The translations under genes and the position numbers were made by a program. Below the pieces are notes generated by a model. The model worked only from the letters and a program-made list of their open reading frames with translations, did not search any database and had not been told where the DNA came from. From assembly GCA_044221235.1 (NCBI GenBank), contig JBGAPN010000003.1, positions 1 to 35,520 on the forward strand: a DNA stretch of 35,520 nucleotides, written 5' to 3'. The number at the start of each line of letters is the position of its first letter. Positions within the stretch are counted from its first letter, which is position 1. The stretch is from Limisphaerales bacterium. GTDB taxonomy: Bacteria; Verrucomicrobiota; Verrucomicrobiia; Limisphaerales; UBA9464. Below are positions 1 through 8,266 of this stretch, one piece after another.

Positions 1-291
1 CAAATCCCCGTTTCGTTTCAGGATTCTTCGCTGGCCTTTCGAGGGAATCCACCGTGAGAGATCGATTCGAAGAGGAATCACCTGGACGACACGGTTATCG
101 TGAACGGCGACGGAATACCGGAAGAACTGGGACCCAAAGTGCCTCCAACCCTGGCTCCACAGGGTGTCCATCCACCTCCCGGGCAGTGCGGGCTGGATAA
201 AGGCTTCTTCCAATACTGGCCAGCCCGGAACGGTTTCGGCAGCTTCCTGGAAACTAAGTGCCGAAGCGAATGGGAACTCTTCGGAATTCAC
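1..291 (-). CDS. Arginyl-tRNA-protein transferase / Asp-Glu leucyltransferase (ATE/Bpt family), 5' part only, runs off the window
   Basis: Not in the ORF track. Manual translation from GTG at 291: MNSEEFPF...MDTLWSQGWRHFGSQFFRY...VIPLRIDLSRWIPSKGQRRILKRNGDL. This matches the ATE N-terminal pattern (GWRxxG...PLR...SKSQRR..KRN.DL). The frame is open to base 1. Confidence 0.8.
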   Translation of the reverse strand, partial: MNSEEFPFASALSFQEAAETVPGWPVLEEAFIQPALPGRWMDTLWSQGWRHFGSQFFRYSVAVHDNRVVQVIPLRIDLSRWIPSKGQRRILKRNGDL

Positions 292-339
292 AGAGGAAGA
301 GGGTGAAGGTGGGCCATGTTGCTCCGGCCCTGTCCAAAT

Positions 340-1743
340 TCAGGCCGAGAGTTTGGAGGCCAGTTCCTCGGAGGTCCATCCGCTTCCCTGCGACTCAAGG
401 TCATCGGCAACCGAACCGTGCCGCCATACAGCGTATCGGGTGGTTCGCATCATGTCGTCTCGAAGACGAGGCTGGGCAAGCAGTCCTGCAAGGAATCCCG
501 CCAACACGTCTCCGGTTCCTCCCTGAGCAAGACCCGGGTTGCCCGAGGAATTGACATAGATCGGTCCGGTCGCGCCTCCAATCAGGGTTTGGTGGCCCTT
601 GAGAAGGGTCAGTGCATCGTAACGTTGGGCCAGTCGGCGCAGGGCTCCAGGCCGGTCCTGCTGGACTTCGTTGCTGGAGATCCCCAGCAGGCGGCCCGCC
701 TCCCCGGGGTGCGGCGTGATCCAGCGCGGACCCACGCACGGGGTTCCGGGCCGAAGCCAGTCCAGCGCGCTGGCATCGACAATCATCGGACCGGGGAATT
801 CCCGCCAGAGACGGGTCACTTCATTCCGTATCTCGGTGGGAAGCTGCGGGGCGGCCAGGCCCGGCCCCGCAAGGATGGCAGTCGCGGTCGAAGTCAGCGG
901 ATGTCGGACGGCAAAAGGGTGAACCATCGCCGCCGCCAGCTGGCACGAGACCGGAATCCACGTGTCGCCCGAGGTCAGCACGCTGACCAAACCGGGGCGC
1001 GCCCTGCCGGCTGCCCTCGCGGCGAGCACGGCAGCGCCAGAATATCCCAGACTTCCGGCAAGAACCAGGGCATGGCCGAAACTGCCCTTATGGGATGCCG
1101 TTCCGCGTCGAACTCGAGGGGACTGGAAGTCCTCGGCCAAACCCCATTTCAAGGATCCGCCGGACTCGGGTTCCCCGACGAGACCCACCTGCCGGGCTAC
1201 TTCGAGTCTCCCCACTCCCTCCACCGCGGCGGGGGACAAAAGCCCCGCCTTCGGTGCACCGACCGTCAACGTGAACTCTGCGTGGATCGACAGACCCCAG
1301 TTCTGGCCGGTATCGGCGTTGAGGCCGGAAGGAACATCCACGGCGAGAACCCTCAAGCCAGAGTCGTTGATCGTGCGGATGAACTCCACCCACGACGGAT
1401 TCAAGGGCCGGTTTAAGCCAATTCCAAACAGACCGTCCACCACCAGTGCAGGTTGCCTGCGGAGAGCTGCCGCAAGGACGGGATGAGACGCCGCCGGATC
1501 CGTTGCGCTCATCACCTCGACGACCCGGCCCGGGAGGTGCGGTTCGGCCGCACGGGCGTCGGCACCATTGTTGCCGGGACCCGCGAGAATCAGAATGCGG
1601 TCCCCGGGCGCTGTGAGGTTACGAATGAACCGGGCCAATTCCCGGCCGACACTGGCGATGACCGATTCTTCAGTGGCACCTGCGGCCCAGGATGCCTTTT
1701 CCCAGGCTCGCATTTCGGTGGTGGTGAGGACGGGAACCGGCAT
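340..1743 (-). CDS. nnr: Bifunctional NAD(P)HX epimerase/dehydratase (YjeF/Nnr)
   Basis: YjeF_N motifs GPGNNGAD, VVDGLFGIG and AVDVPSG; YjeF_C motifs SHKGSFG, VDASAL, ITPHPGEA and GGTGDVLAG. Start placed at MPVPVL (1743); the ORF extends to 1812. Confidence 0.93.
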   Translation of the reverse strand: MPVPVLTTTEMRAWEKASWAAGATEESVIASVGRELARFIRNLTAPGDRILILAGPGNNGADARAAEPHLPGRVVEVMSATDPAASHPVLAAALRRQPALVVDGLFGIGLNRPLNPSWVEFIRTINDSGLRVLAVDVPSGLNADTGQNWGLSIHAEFTLTVGAPKAGLLSPAAVEGVGRLEVARQVGLVGEPESGGSLKWGLAEDFQSPRVRRGTASHKGSFGHALVLAGSLGYSGAAVLAARAAGRARPGLVSVLTSGDTWIPVSCQLAAAMVHPFAVRHPLTSTATAILAGPGLAAPQLPTEIRNEVTRLWREFPGPMIVDASALDWLRPGTPCVGPRWITPHPGEAGRLLGISSNEVQQDRPGALRRLAQRYDALTLLKGHQTLIGGATGPIYVNSSGNPGLAQGGTGDVLAGFLAGLLAQPRLRDDMMRTTRYAVWRHGSVADDLESQGSGWTSEELASKLSA

Positions 1744-1808
1744 GAGATCTGGGCGGCAAACGGCGTTGAGTGGGAATGTCGGCGGCTGGACTGGGATGCC
1801 CGGTCGTG

Positions 1809-3299
1809 TCAATTGACCGAGACTTCCTGTCGAATTCCAAACTTCTCGATCCGTTTTCGCAAGGTGGCGCGCGTGATTCCGAGCAATCGTGCGGCCTGCA
1901 CCTGGTTGCCCCGAGTCTCCTTGAGAGCCTCAATGACGAGGACCCGCTCGACCGCAGGAATCACCTTGAGTTTCCCATCCGAACGGCCGATGCGAAACAA
2001 TGCCTGCGCCAGACCGGCAACATCATTGGGGAGGGCAGTGGAGGCGGCCGCCGGAGATGGGGCGGCTGGAGGTGATACCGGAGGCGGTGACGATCCGCCC
2101 GTGGAGGGAGCGGCGGAAGGTTGTTGAACCGGGCTCCCGGCCAATTCGGGCGGCAGGTCGGCTGGAAGAATAGCCTGTCCCTTTGCCACGACCGTGGCCC
2201 TTCGAAGCACGTTTTCCAGTTCCCGGACGTTTCCCGGCCAGGAATAGGACTCCAGAATTGAAAGTGTCCCTGGGCCGATGGACTTCGGTTTGCCTCCTGG
2301 CCCGGCCAGTTTTCGGAGGAAAAAGTCGACCAACAGCCGGATGTCCACCCGACGCTCCCGAAGCGGCGGCATTTGGATTCGAACCACATTCAACCGGTAA
2401 AACAGGTCTTCCCGGAACTGGCGTTGGGTGACGGCTTCCTCGAGTAGCTTGTTGGTGGCGGCAATGACGCGGACATCGACTTTAACCGTCTGGTTCCCGC
2501 CGACCCGCTCGAAGGTCCCGTTCTGGAGCACCCGGAGGATTTTGGTCTGGGTCGCGGGGGACATATCCCCGATCTCGTCCAGAAACAGGGTGCCGCCATC
2601 GCATTGTTCGAACTTCCCGATCCGTTGGGAGGCAGCTCCTGTGAACGCTCCCTTCTCATGGCCGAACAGTTCGGATTCCAGAAGGTTTTCGGCAATGGCG
2701 GCACAATTAATCGCGAGGAACGGCCGCTCGTTCCGTTTGCTGTAATGATAAATGGCGCGGGCGACCAGTTCCTTGCCGGTTCCACTCTCACCCGTGATCA
2801 GGACCGTGGCATCGGTCGCTGCCACCTGGCCAATCAGCTTGAAGATGTTCTGCATCGCCTCGCTGCGGCCGATCACGCCGACTTCGTAGTCCTCCGCTTC
2901 CATCATCGGTTGGAGGGCAACGGCTTGGCGCATGTCCCGGGACGCTTTGAGAGCCTGGGCGACCAGTTCCTTGAGGCGGGGAACGTCGAATGGCTTTAGG
3001 AGGTAATCGTAAGCGCCCAGTTTCATGGCCTCGATGGCCGTCTGGGTCGTTCCGTAGGCGGTCATCAGGATGACCGGCATTCGTGGGTCAATGGCCCGGA
3101 TCCGTCGAAGGGTTTCTAACCCATTGATTCCGGCCATCCGGATGTCGCTGATCACCAAATCCGGCTTCACCCGCTGTACGGTTTGGACGCCCTCCTCACC
3201 GCTGGAGGCGGTAAACAGCTGCAGGTCGGGCGAATCAAAGATCCGACGGAAGCTGTATTGAACGTCCGCCTCGTCATCGATCAGGAGCAATTTGTCCAT
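1809..3299 (-). CDS. Sigma-54-dependent response regulator (NtrC/AtoC family; REC-AAA-Fis HTH)
   Basis: REC domain (IDDE, SDIRM, KPFD), Walker A GESGTGKE, GAFTGA, Walker B LFLDEIG, WPGNVRELEN and C-terminal HTH GNQVQAARLLGITRATL. Confidence 0.95.
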   Translation of the reverse strand: MDKLLLIDDEADVQYSFRRIFDSPDLQLFTASSGEEGVQTVQRVKPDLVISDIRMAGINGLETLRRIRAIDPRMPVILMTAYGTTQTAIEAMKLGAYDYLLKPFDVPRLKELVAQALKASRDMRQAVALQPMMEAEDYEVGVIGRSEAMQNIFKLIGQVAATDATVLITGESGTGKELVARAIYHYSKRNERPFLAINCAAIAENLLESELFGHEKGAFTGAASQRIGKFEQCDGGTLFLDEIGDMSPATQTKILRVLQNGTFERVGGNQTVKVDVRVIAATNKLLEEAVTQRQFREDLFYRLNVVRIQMPPLRERRVDIRLLVDFFLRKLAGPGGKPKSIGPGTLSILESYSWPGNVRELENVLRRATVVAKGQAILPADLPPELAGSPVQQPSAAPSTGGSSPPPVSPPAAPSPAAASTALPNDVAGLAQALFRIGRSDGKLKVIPAVERVLVIEALKETRGNQVQAARLLGITRATLRKRIEKFGIRQEVSVN

Positions 3300-3613
3300 T
3301 TCGTCGGCGTCAGCCTAATGCCTGCGTTGTGTCCCGTCACTTCCCCTAATTTTTCATGCAAACGGTGGATTTCATGCACGTCCGGCGTTTTTCAAGGTTT
3401 TCAAGGGGTGCCTACCGGCCGAGGGGCGTGGAGAGGGATGCTCGAGGGGAGAGATATCTCGTCGGGTGGGGGAATCGTTTTTCCCGCTCTGAAAAAATTT
3501 TGTGGCAATCGAAAAGTCGTTTGGTAGCTTTCGCGGCCTTCGTTCCGGGAAACTCAGTGGTCTTCCGGTATTTCGAAGGTATAAACGATCTCGAATTCGG
3601 CTTTTTAATCACT

Positions 3614-4240
3614 GTGAGCGCCAACAAGGGAGCCCCTCACAAGCCGGCCGCCAAAAAGCCGGCCGGACCTGAGCCTGCCACACGCAAGCCGGGCGGTACC
3701 AGCGCCGCATCCATTCTTGGCCGTCCGTTGGCCAAGCAAGGAAAGGGAGCAGGACCGTCCTGGACGCCTTCGACCAAAATCAAGCCGGAGTGGCAGAAGT
3801 ATTATCAGAACCTTCTGGAGCTTCATGCGCGTCTGAGGGACCAAATGACCGGTCTGGCCAAGGAATCCCAGAGCGAAATGGAGAGCTACAGTCTCCACAT
3901 GGGAGATTCCGGCACTGATAACTTTGACCGGGATTTTGCCCTCAGTTTGCTGTCGTCGGACCAGGATGCTCTTTACGAGATCGAGGAGGCGCTCAAGCGC
4001 ATCGAGAAGGGCACCTATGGAGTGTGCGAGCTGACCGGGAAGACCATTCCCCGGGCGCGTCTCGATGCCATTCCTTGGGCCCGGTTTACTGTTGAGGCAC
4101 AGGCCCAGCTCGAAAAGGAGGGCGCTCTCAAGCAGCGCCGCCTGGGCGCACTGGGCACGGTTGAGACCAGTGCCTCTGTCGATTCGGATGAAGGCGATGA
4201 GGAGCCGGAAGAACGCCCCGCTGCCAAGGAGAAGGAGTAA
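3614..4240 (+). CDS. dksA: DksA/TraR family RNA-polymerase-binding factor, one-cysteine variant
   Basis: HMGDSGTDNFDRDFALSL coiled-coil tip, EIEEALKRIEKGTYGVCELTGKTIPRARLDAIPWARFTVEAQ. K/A/P-rich N-terminus and acidic tail. The GTG start at 3614 is inferred. Confidence 0.85.
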   Translation: MSANKGAPHKPAAKKPAGPEPATRKPGGTSAASILGRPLAKQGKGAGPSWTPSTKIKPEWQKYYQNLLELHARLRDQMTGLAKESQSEMESYSLHMGDSGTDNFDRDFALSLLSSDQDALYEIEEALKRIEKGTYGVCELTGKTIPRARLDAIPWARFTVEAQAQLEKEGALKQRRLGALGTVETSASVDSDEGDEEPEERPAAKEKE

Positions 4241-4246
4241 TTTCCC

Positions 4247-4414
4247 ATGCCCCGCGAAATAGTCACCATTGAATGCACGGAGGCGCGCAAGGAGGGCAAG
4301 TCCCCCAGCCGCTACCAGACCACCCGCAACAAAAAGTTGCAGACCGAGAAGGTGGAAAAGAAAAAATATAACCCCGCGCTTCGCCGGCACACGCTGCACC
4401 GCGAAATCAAGTAA
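4247..4414 (+). CDS. rpmG: 50S ribosomal protein L33 (no CxxC motifs)
   Basis: Not in the ORF track. Manual translation: [55 protein letters not shown] (55 aa). AAGGAG Shine-Dalgarno just upstream. Confidence 0.95.
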   Translation: MPREIVTIECTEARKEGKSPSRYQTTRNKKLQTEKVEKKKYNPALRRHTLHREIK

Positions 4415-4417
4415 GCC

Positions 4418-4669
4418 ATGCCCCGCAAGACCAAGCTCGACGAATCCAAGTCCAAGCGCCGAGGAACGACTGTCCGCACTCCGCGGGTCCGACCCAAGGT
4501 GGATTTCACCATCGACGCCATCGACTACAAAAACGTCACCCTGCTGAAGCAGTACGTGACGGAAAACGGTCGGATTCTTCCCCGGAAGTACACCGGACTG
4601 CCCGCGCCGTATCAGCGCCGTTTGGCGACCGCCATCAAGCGGGCCCGCCAGATGCTCCTGATGAAATAA
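4418..4669 (+). CDS. rpsR: 30S ribosomal protein S18 (cysteine-free)
   Basis: [27 protein letters not shown]...[12 protein letters not shown] signature. Confidence 0.95.
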   Translation: MPRKTKLDESKSKRRGTTVRTPRVRPKVDFTIDAIDYKNVTLLKQYVTENGRILPRKYTGLPAPYQRRLATAIKRARQMLLMK

Positions 4670-4690
4670 TTGGCGTGCGCCGTCGCATGA

Positions 4691-4722
4691 CCCGCCGGAT
4701 ACCCCGGCGGGTTTCTGCTTTT
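4691..4722 (+). terminator. Intrinsic terminator after rpsR
   Basis: Stem CCCGCCGG / loop ATACC / CCGGCGGG, followed by TTTCTGCTTTT. Confidence 0.75.
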
Positions 4723-4740
4723 CCCTAGGTCTCCCTTTGG

Positions 4741-4757
4741 TTGCAAATTGTTTGCAA
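4741..4757. promoter_or_regulatory. Palindromic Fur-family (Zur/Mur-like) operator
   Basis: TTGCAAA-TTG-TTTGCAA, a perfect 7-3-7 inverted repeat about 30 bp upstream of the metal ABC operon, which itself encodes a Fur-family regulator. Confidence 0.7.
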
Positions 4758-4786
4758 ACCATCGTGCTGGAACTCACCCTGCGCGC

Positions 4787-5734
4787 ATGGCGTGTCGATT
4801 GTGGTTCCTGCTGCTCCTGATCCTGTGGACGCCTGGGAGTGAAGCGAAGGCAGCAGAGAACTCAAATCGGCGCCTGAAGATCCTCACCAGTATCGCCCCC
4901 CTATACAGCTGGGCTGCGAATGTGGCCGGCGATCGGGCCGACGTTCAGAATCTGCTGCCACCCAACGTCGGTCCCCATGATTTCCAATTCCGGCCCCGCG
5001 ATCTTCGCAAGGTCCGGGAGGCCGATGTCATTTTTCTGAATGGATTAGGAATGGAATCGTGGCTGACCCGGGTGCTCACCGGGAATGAGGCCTCACTCCA
5101 GAAGCGAATTGTGGAAGTGGCGACGGGAATCCCGACCAATGACCTGATCCACGACCTGCCCCAAATACAACTGCAGGGAGATGGGGACAAGAATGCCCAC
5201 GACCACGGGCATGATCCGGCGAATACAGCGAACCCTCACGTTTGGCTGGATCCGGTTTTTGCCCGGCACGGAGTGAGCAACCTCCTGGCGGTGCTTCAGC
5301 AGGTTGATCCAGGAAATGCAGCCGCCTACGCGTCGAATGCTTCGGCGTATTTGTCTCGGTTGCTGGTGCTTCAGGATGACCTGAAGATGGGAATCCAACG
5401 GTTGCCTCGGCGCGATATCGTTACGTTTCATGACGCATTTCCCTATTTCTGCCGGCGTTTTGGAATTCACCTCGTCGGGGTGATCGAAGAGGTGCCGGGA
5501 GCGTCGCCTTCGCCACGGTATCTTGCGGAACTCTCCAAGGCGATCCGAGAGAACCAGGTGGCGGCCCTGTTTGTAGAGCCATTGGTTGAAATCAAATTGG
5601 CCAATCAGCTGGCCCGGGACTTGAAAATCGGCGTGGCGGTGTTGGATACGCTGGAGGCCAGCCGGCTGGACACTGATTCCTATGAGAATGGAATGAGGGC
5701 CAACCTCCGTGCGCTCCAACAAGCATTGAAATAG
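4787..5734 (+). CDS. znuA: Metal (Zn/Mn) ABC transporter substrate-binding protein
   Basis: Signal peptide; GPHDFQ, NPHVWLDP, FHDAF and LDTLE ligand motifs; short His loop AHDHGHD. Confidence 0.88.
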   Translation: MACRLWFLLLLILWTPGSEAKAAENSNRRLKILTSIAPLYSWAANVAGDRADVQNLLPPNVGPHDFQFRPRDLRKVREADVIFLNGLGMESWLTRVLTGNEASLQKRIVEVATGIPTNDLIHDLPQIQLQGDGDKNAHDHGHDPANTANPHVWLDPVFARHGVSNLLAVLQQVDPGNAAAYASNASAYLSRLLVLQDDLKMGIQRLPRRDIVTFHDAFPYFCRRFGIHLVGVIEEVPGASPSPRYLAELSKAIRENQVAALFVEPLVEIKLANQLARDLKIGVAVLDTLEASRLDTDSYENGMRANLRALQQALK

Positions 5735-5736
5735 TC

Positions 5737-6537
5737 ATGGCCGAGATTCGATTCCATCCGGCCGGACTTGCAGTGGAGGTCCATGGACTGCGAGTTACCC
5801 TCGGGGCGGCGCAGGTGCTGCGCGGCGTGGACCTCCATGTCCCCAAGGGACAGATTGTCGCCTTGATTGGTCCGAACGGTTGCGGGAAGACGACGCTGCT
5901 GCGATGTCTGCTCGGCTTGCAGGAGCCCAGCCAGGGGGAGATCCGCATCTTTGGACAGAGATTGTCGCCATCGGTCCTCCAACGCGTCGGATACGTGCCC
6001 CAAAGATTGGCCCTGGACAAAAGTTTTGTACTGAGCGTGCGGGAGTTTCTCTGCCTGAGACTTCGGGAAACGCAGGGCTGGTTCTGGAGAAGTCGGCAGG
6101 GAATGGATGTCGTCCTGAACGGCGTTTTGCCCGACAATGAACTGGCCAGGCTTTTGGATCGACCGCTCGCCGGACTGAGTGGCGGGCAACTCCAGCGGGT
6201 CCTGATCGCATTCAGCCTGCTGGGGCGACCGGAGTTACTGCTGCTCGATGAGCCGACGGCAGGCGTGGATACGCCGGGTGAACAATCCTTCTATGAGCTG
6301 ATTGCTGCGATCCACCGACGTCATCGGCTCACGGTGATACTGGTGTCCCATGATCTATCCATGGTCTATCGGCACGCCTCCCGGGTGTATGCGTTGAATG
6401 GCGTGATCTGTTGCGAAGGAACCCCTGAGGAAGTCATGAATGCCGATTCGCTGAAGCAGGCCTACGGAATTCATGTGACGCCCTATCATCATGACCACGG
6501 TCCGGGTCATCACCACTTGGTGAACATCCGGCCCTGA
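5737..6537 (+). CDS. znuC: Metal ABC transporter ATP-binding protein
   Basis: GPNGCGKT, GYVPQ, LSGGQLQR, LLLDEPT, VSHD; His-rich tail HHDHGPGHHH. Confidence 0.9.
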   Translation: MAEIRFHPAGLAVEVHGLRVTLGAAQVLRGVDLHVPKGQIVALIGPNGCGKTTLLRCLLGLQEPSQGEIRIFGQRLSPSVLQRVGYVPQRLALDKSFVLSVREFLCLRLRETQGWFWRSRQGMDVVLNGVLPDNELARLLDRPLAGLSGGQLQRVLIAFSLLGRPELLLLDEPTAGVDTPGEQSFYELIAAIHRRHRLTVILVSHDLSMVYRHASRVYALNGVICCEGTPEEVMNADSLKQAYGIHVTPYHHDHGPGHHHLVNIRP

Positions 6538-6566
6538 ATCCCCGAGCAAGTCGATCCCGACGTACC

Positions 6567-7385
6567 ATGTTTTCTGAACCCTATATGCAGCGGGCATTTC
6601 TGACGGCGTTGCTGCTGGGTCCACTTTGCGGGCTGCTCGGAGTCTTTGTCACCGCGCGCCGGATGGCGTTCTTCAGCGAGGCTGTGGCCCATTCCGCCCT
6701 GGCGGGGGTGGCGTTGGGACTGGCGTTCGGATGGGAGCCCGCATGGCCGATGGTCGGTGTAAGTCTCGCCGTGGCGATTCTGATCCTTTGGCTCAAGGAG
6801 AAGACCGACCTGTTGACTGACACCATCATGGCATTGCTGATGTCGGCATTCATGGCGGCCGGCGTTGTCGGCTTCAGCCTCCTCAAAGGATTCCGCGGCG
6901 AACTCCACCGCTATCTGTTTGGAGACATTCTCAGTGTAGGACCCAGTGAGGTGTGGATCGCTCTCGCAATCTTCGTCGTCGTTGGCGGTGTTGTGTTCTC
7001 GCGCCTGAGCCAGATGACTCTGCTGACCGTTCATGAGGACCTGGCCCATGTCAGCGGACTTTCCGTGCGATGGTTGAATTTCGGCTTCGTAATCACTCTG
7101 ACGTTGGTGGTCGCGACCAGCATCCGCTTGCTGGGAATCATTCTCGTCACGTCCCTCCTGGTGATACCGCCCGCAACCGCCCGCAACTTGGCCTGCAACC
7201 TTCGTCAGGAGATTGTCCTGAGCCTATTGACGGGCCTGTTGGGTGGACTCGGAGGGGTCGCGTTGAGCTACCAGTTCGATTCCCCCTGTGGTCCCACCAT
7301 TGTGCTCACGAGTGTCGCCTTGTTCCTGGCGTCGCTTTCCGTCAACCGGTTCCGCCGCGCCCGGCCCCAATCGAGCCCTGCATGA
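6567..7385 (+). CDS. znuB: Metal ABC transporter permease (ABC-3)
   Basis: RRMAFFSEAVAHSALAG, YLFGDIL, LLVIPPATA; multiple transmembrane segments. Confidence 0.9.
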   Translation: MFSEPYMQRAFLTALLLGPLCGLLGVFVTARRMAFFSEAVAHSALAGVALGLAFGWEPAWPMVGVSLAVAILILWLKEKTDLLTDTIMALLMSAFMAAGVVGFSLLKGFRGELHRYLFGDILSVGPSEVWIALAIFVVVGGVVFSRLSQMTLLTVHEDLAHVSGLSVRWLNFGFVITLTLVVATSIRLLGIILVTSLLVIPPATARNLACNLRQEIVLSLLTGLLGGLGGVALSYQFDSPCGPTIVLTSVALFLASLSVNRFRRARPQSSPA

Positions 7386-7894
7386 GTGATCCCTGCCGCC
7401 AGCACCGACACCCGCACCGCCTGGTCCAGCAGCCCCTCACTGAACTGACCGCGAAACTGCGAAAGCATGCCCGCAAGATCACCGGGCCCCGCCAGGCAAT
7501 TCTCGAGGTCCTCCGGAGGCATCAGCACCCTATGAGCAACCGGGAAATCCATGCGGCGCTGGGACAGCAAGGATGCGATCTGGCGACCGTCTATCGGAAT
7601 CTCCACACGCTCGAAGACATGGTCCTGGTCCGTCGATTTGATTTTGGCGACGGGGTTGCGCGGTTTGAACTTGTACCGGAGGGGGACGACGGCCACCACC
7701 ATCACCTGATTTGCACGCGCTGTGAGTTGATCGTGGAAGTGGACGAGTGTTTCCCAGTGGAACTCGAGAGGGCTTTGGCCGGCCGGCATGGATTCACCGG
7801 AGTGACGCATCGTCTTGAATTCTTTGGGCTCTGCCCCCGCTGCCAGGCTCGGGGAGTTCCTGTGGAATCGAAGGCCAGTCCTTCAAGCTGCTGA
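7382..7894 (+). CDS. zur: Fur-family transcriptional regulator (probably Zur)
   Basis: ITGPRQAIL, DLATVYRNL, HHHHLICTRC...GLCPRC. ATGA overlap with the permease stop. The Zur assignment rests on context. Confidence 0.8.
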   Translation: MSDPCRQHRHPHRLVQQPLTELTAKLRKHARKITGPRQAILEVLRRHQHPMSNREIHAALGQQGCDLATVYRNLHTLEDMVLVRRFDFGDGVARFELVPEGDDGHHHHLICTRCELIVEVDECFPVELERALAGRHGFTGVTHRLEFFGLCPRCQARGVPVESKASPSSC

Positions 7895-7896
7895 AC

Positions 7897-8259
7897 ATGC
7901 GCCTCGATCAATGGCTTTGGGCGGTCCGGGTCTTTCGCACGCGGCCCCTGTCGGTGGCGGCCATCCGCGGAGGTCATGTTCGGCTCAACGGCCTCCCGAC
8001 CAAGCCAGCGCGGGAAGTGCATCCGGGGGAAATGATCGTCATTCAGACAGAAACCCTCCGCCGGACCCTCCGTGTGGTGGGCAGTCCGCCGTCGCGGGTG
8101 GGTGCCCGATTGGTCCCGCAGTTTGCCGAGGATCTGACACCGCCGGAAGAATTCGAACGCGCTCGAATTGCAACGCTGTCCACCCCTCCAATTCGGCCCA
8201 AGGGAATGGGACGCCCCACCAAGCGGGACCGGCGCCAGTTGGAACGCCTTGATTCCTGA
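7897..8259 (+). CDS. hslR: Ribosome-associated heat shock protein Hsp15 (S4 domain)
   Basis: MRLDQWLWAVRVFRTR...GRPTKRDRRQL. Confidence 0.9.
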   Translation: MRLDQWLWAVRVFRTRPLSVAAIRGGHVRLNGLPTKPAREVHPGEMIVIQTETLRRTLRVVGSPPSRVGARLVPQFAEDLTPPEEFERARIATLSTPPIRPKGMGRPTKRDRRQLERLDS

Positions 8260-8266
8260 AATGTTG

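Noticed and set aside
3503-3520. TGGCAATCGAAAAGTC as a sigma-54 promoter for dksA
   Set aside because: There is no GC at the -12 position.
4269-4547. 92-aa Arg-rich ORF from the track
   Set aside because: It is an alternative frame over the real rpmG and rpsR genes.
7070-7381. Long N-terminal extensions of zur, and likewise of dksA, aguA, glnK and the ThuA gene
   Set aside because: These come from choosing the most upstream start; they overlap neighbouring genes or promoters.
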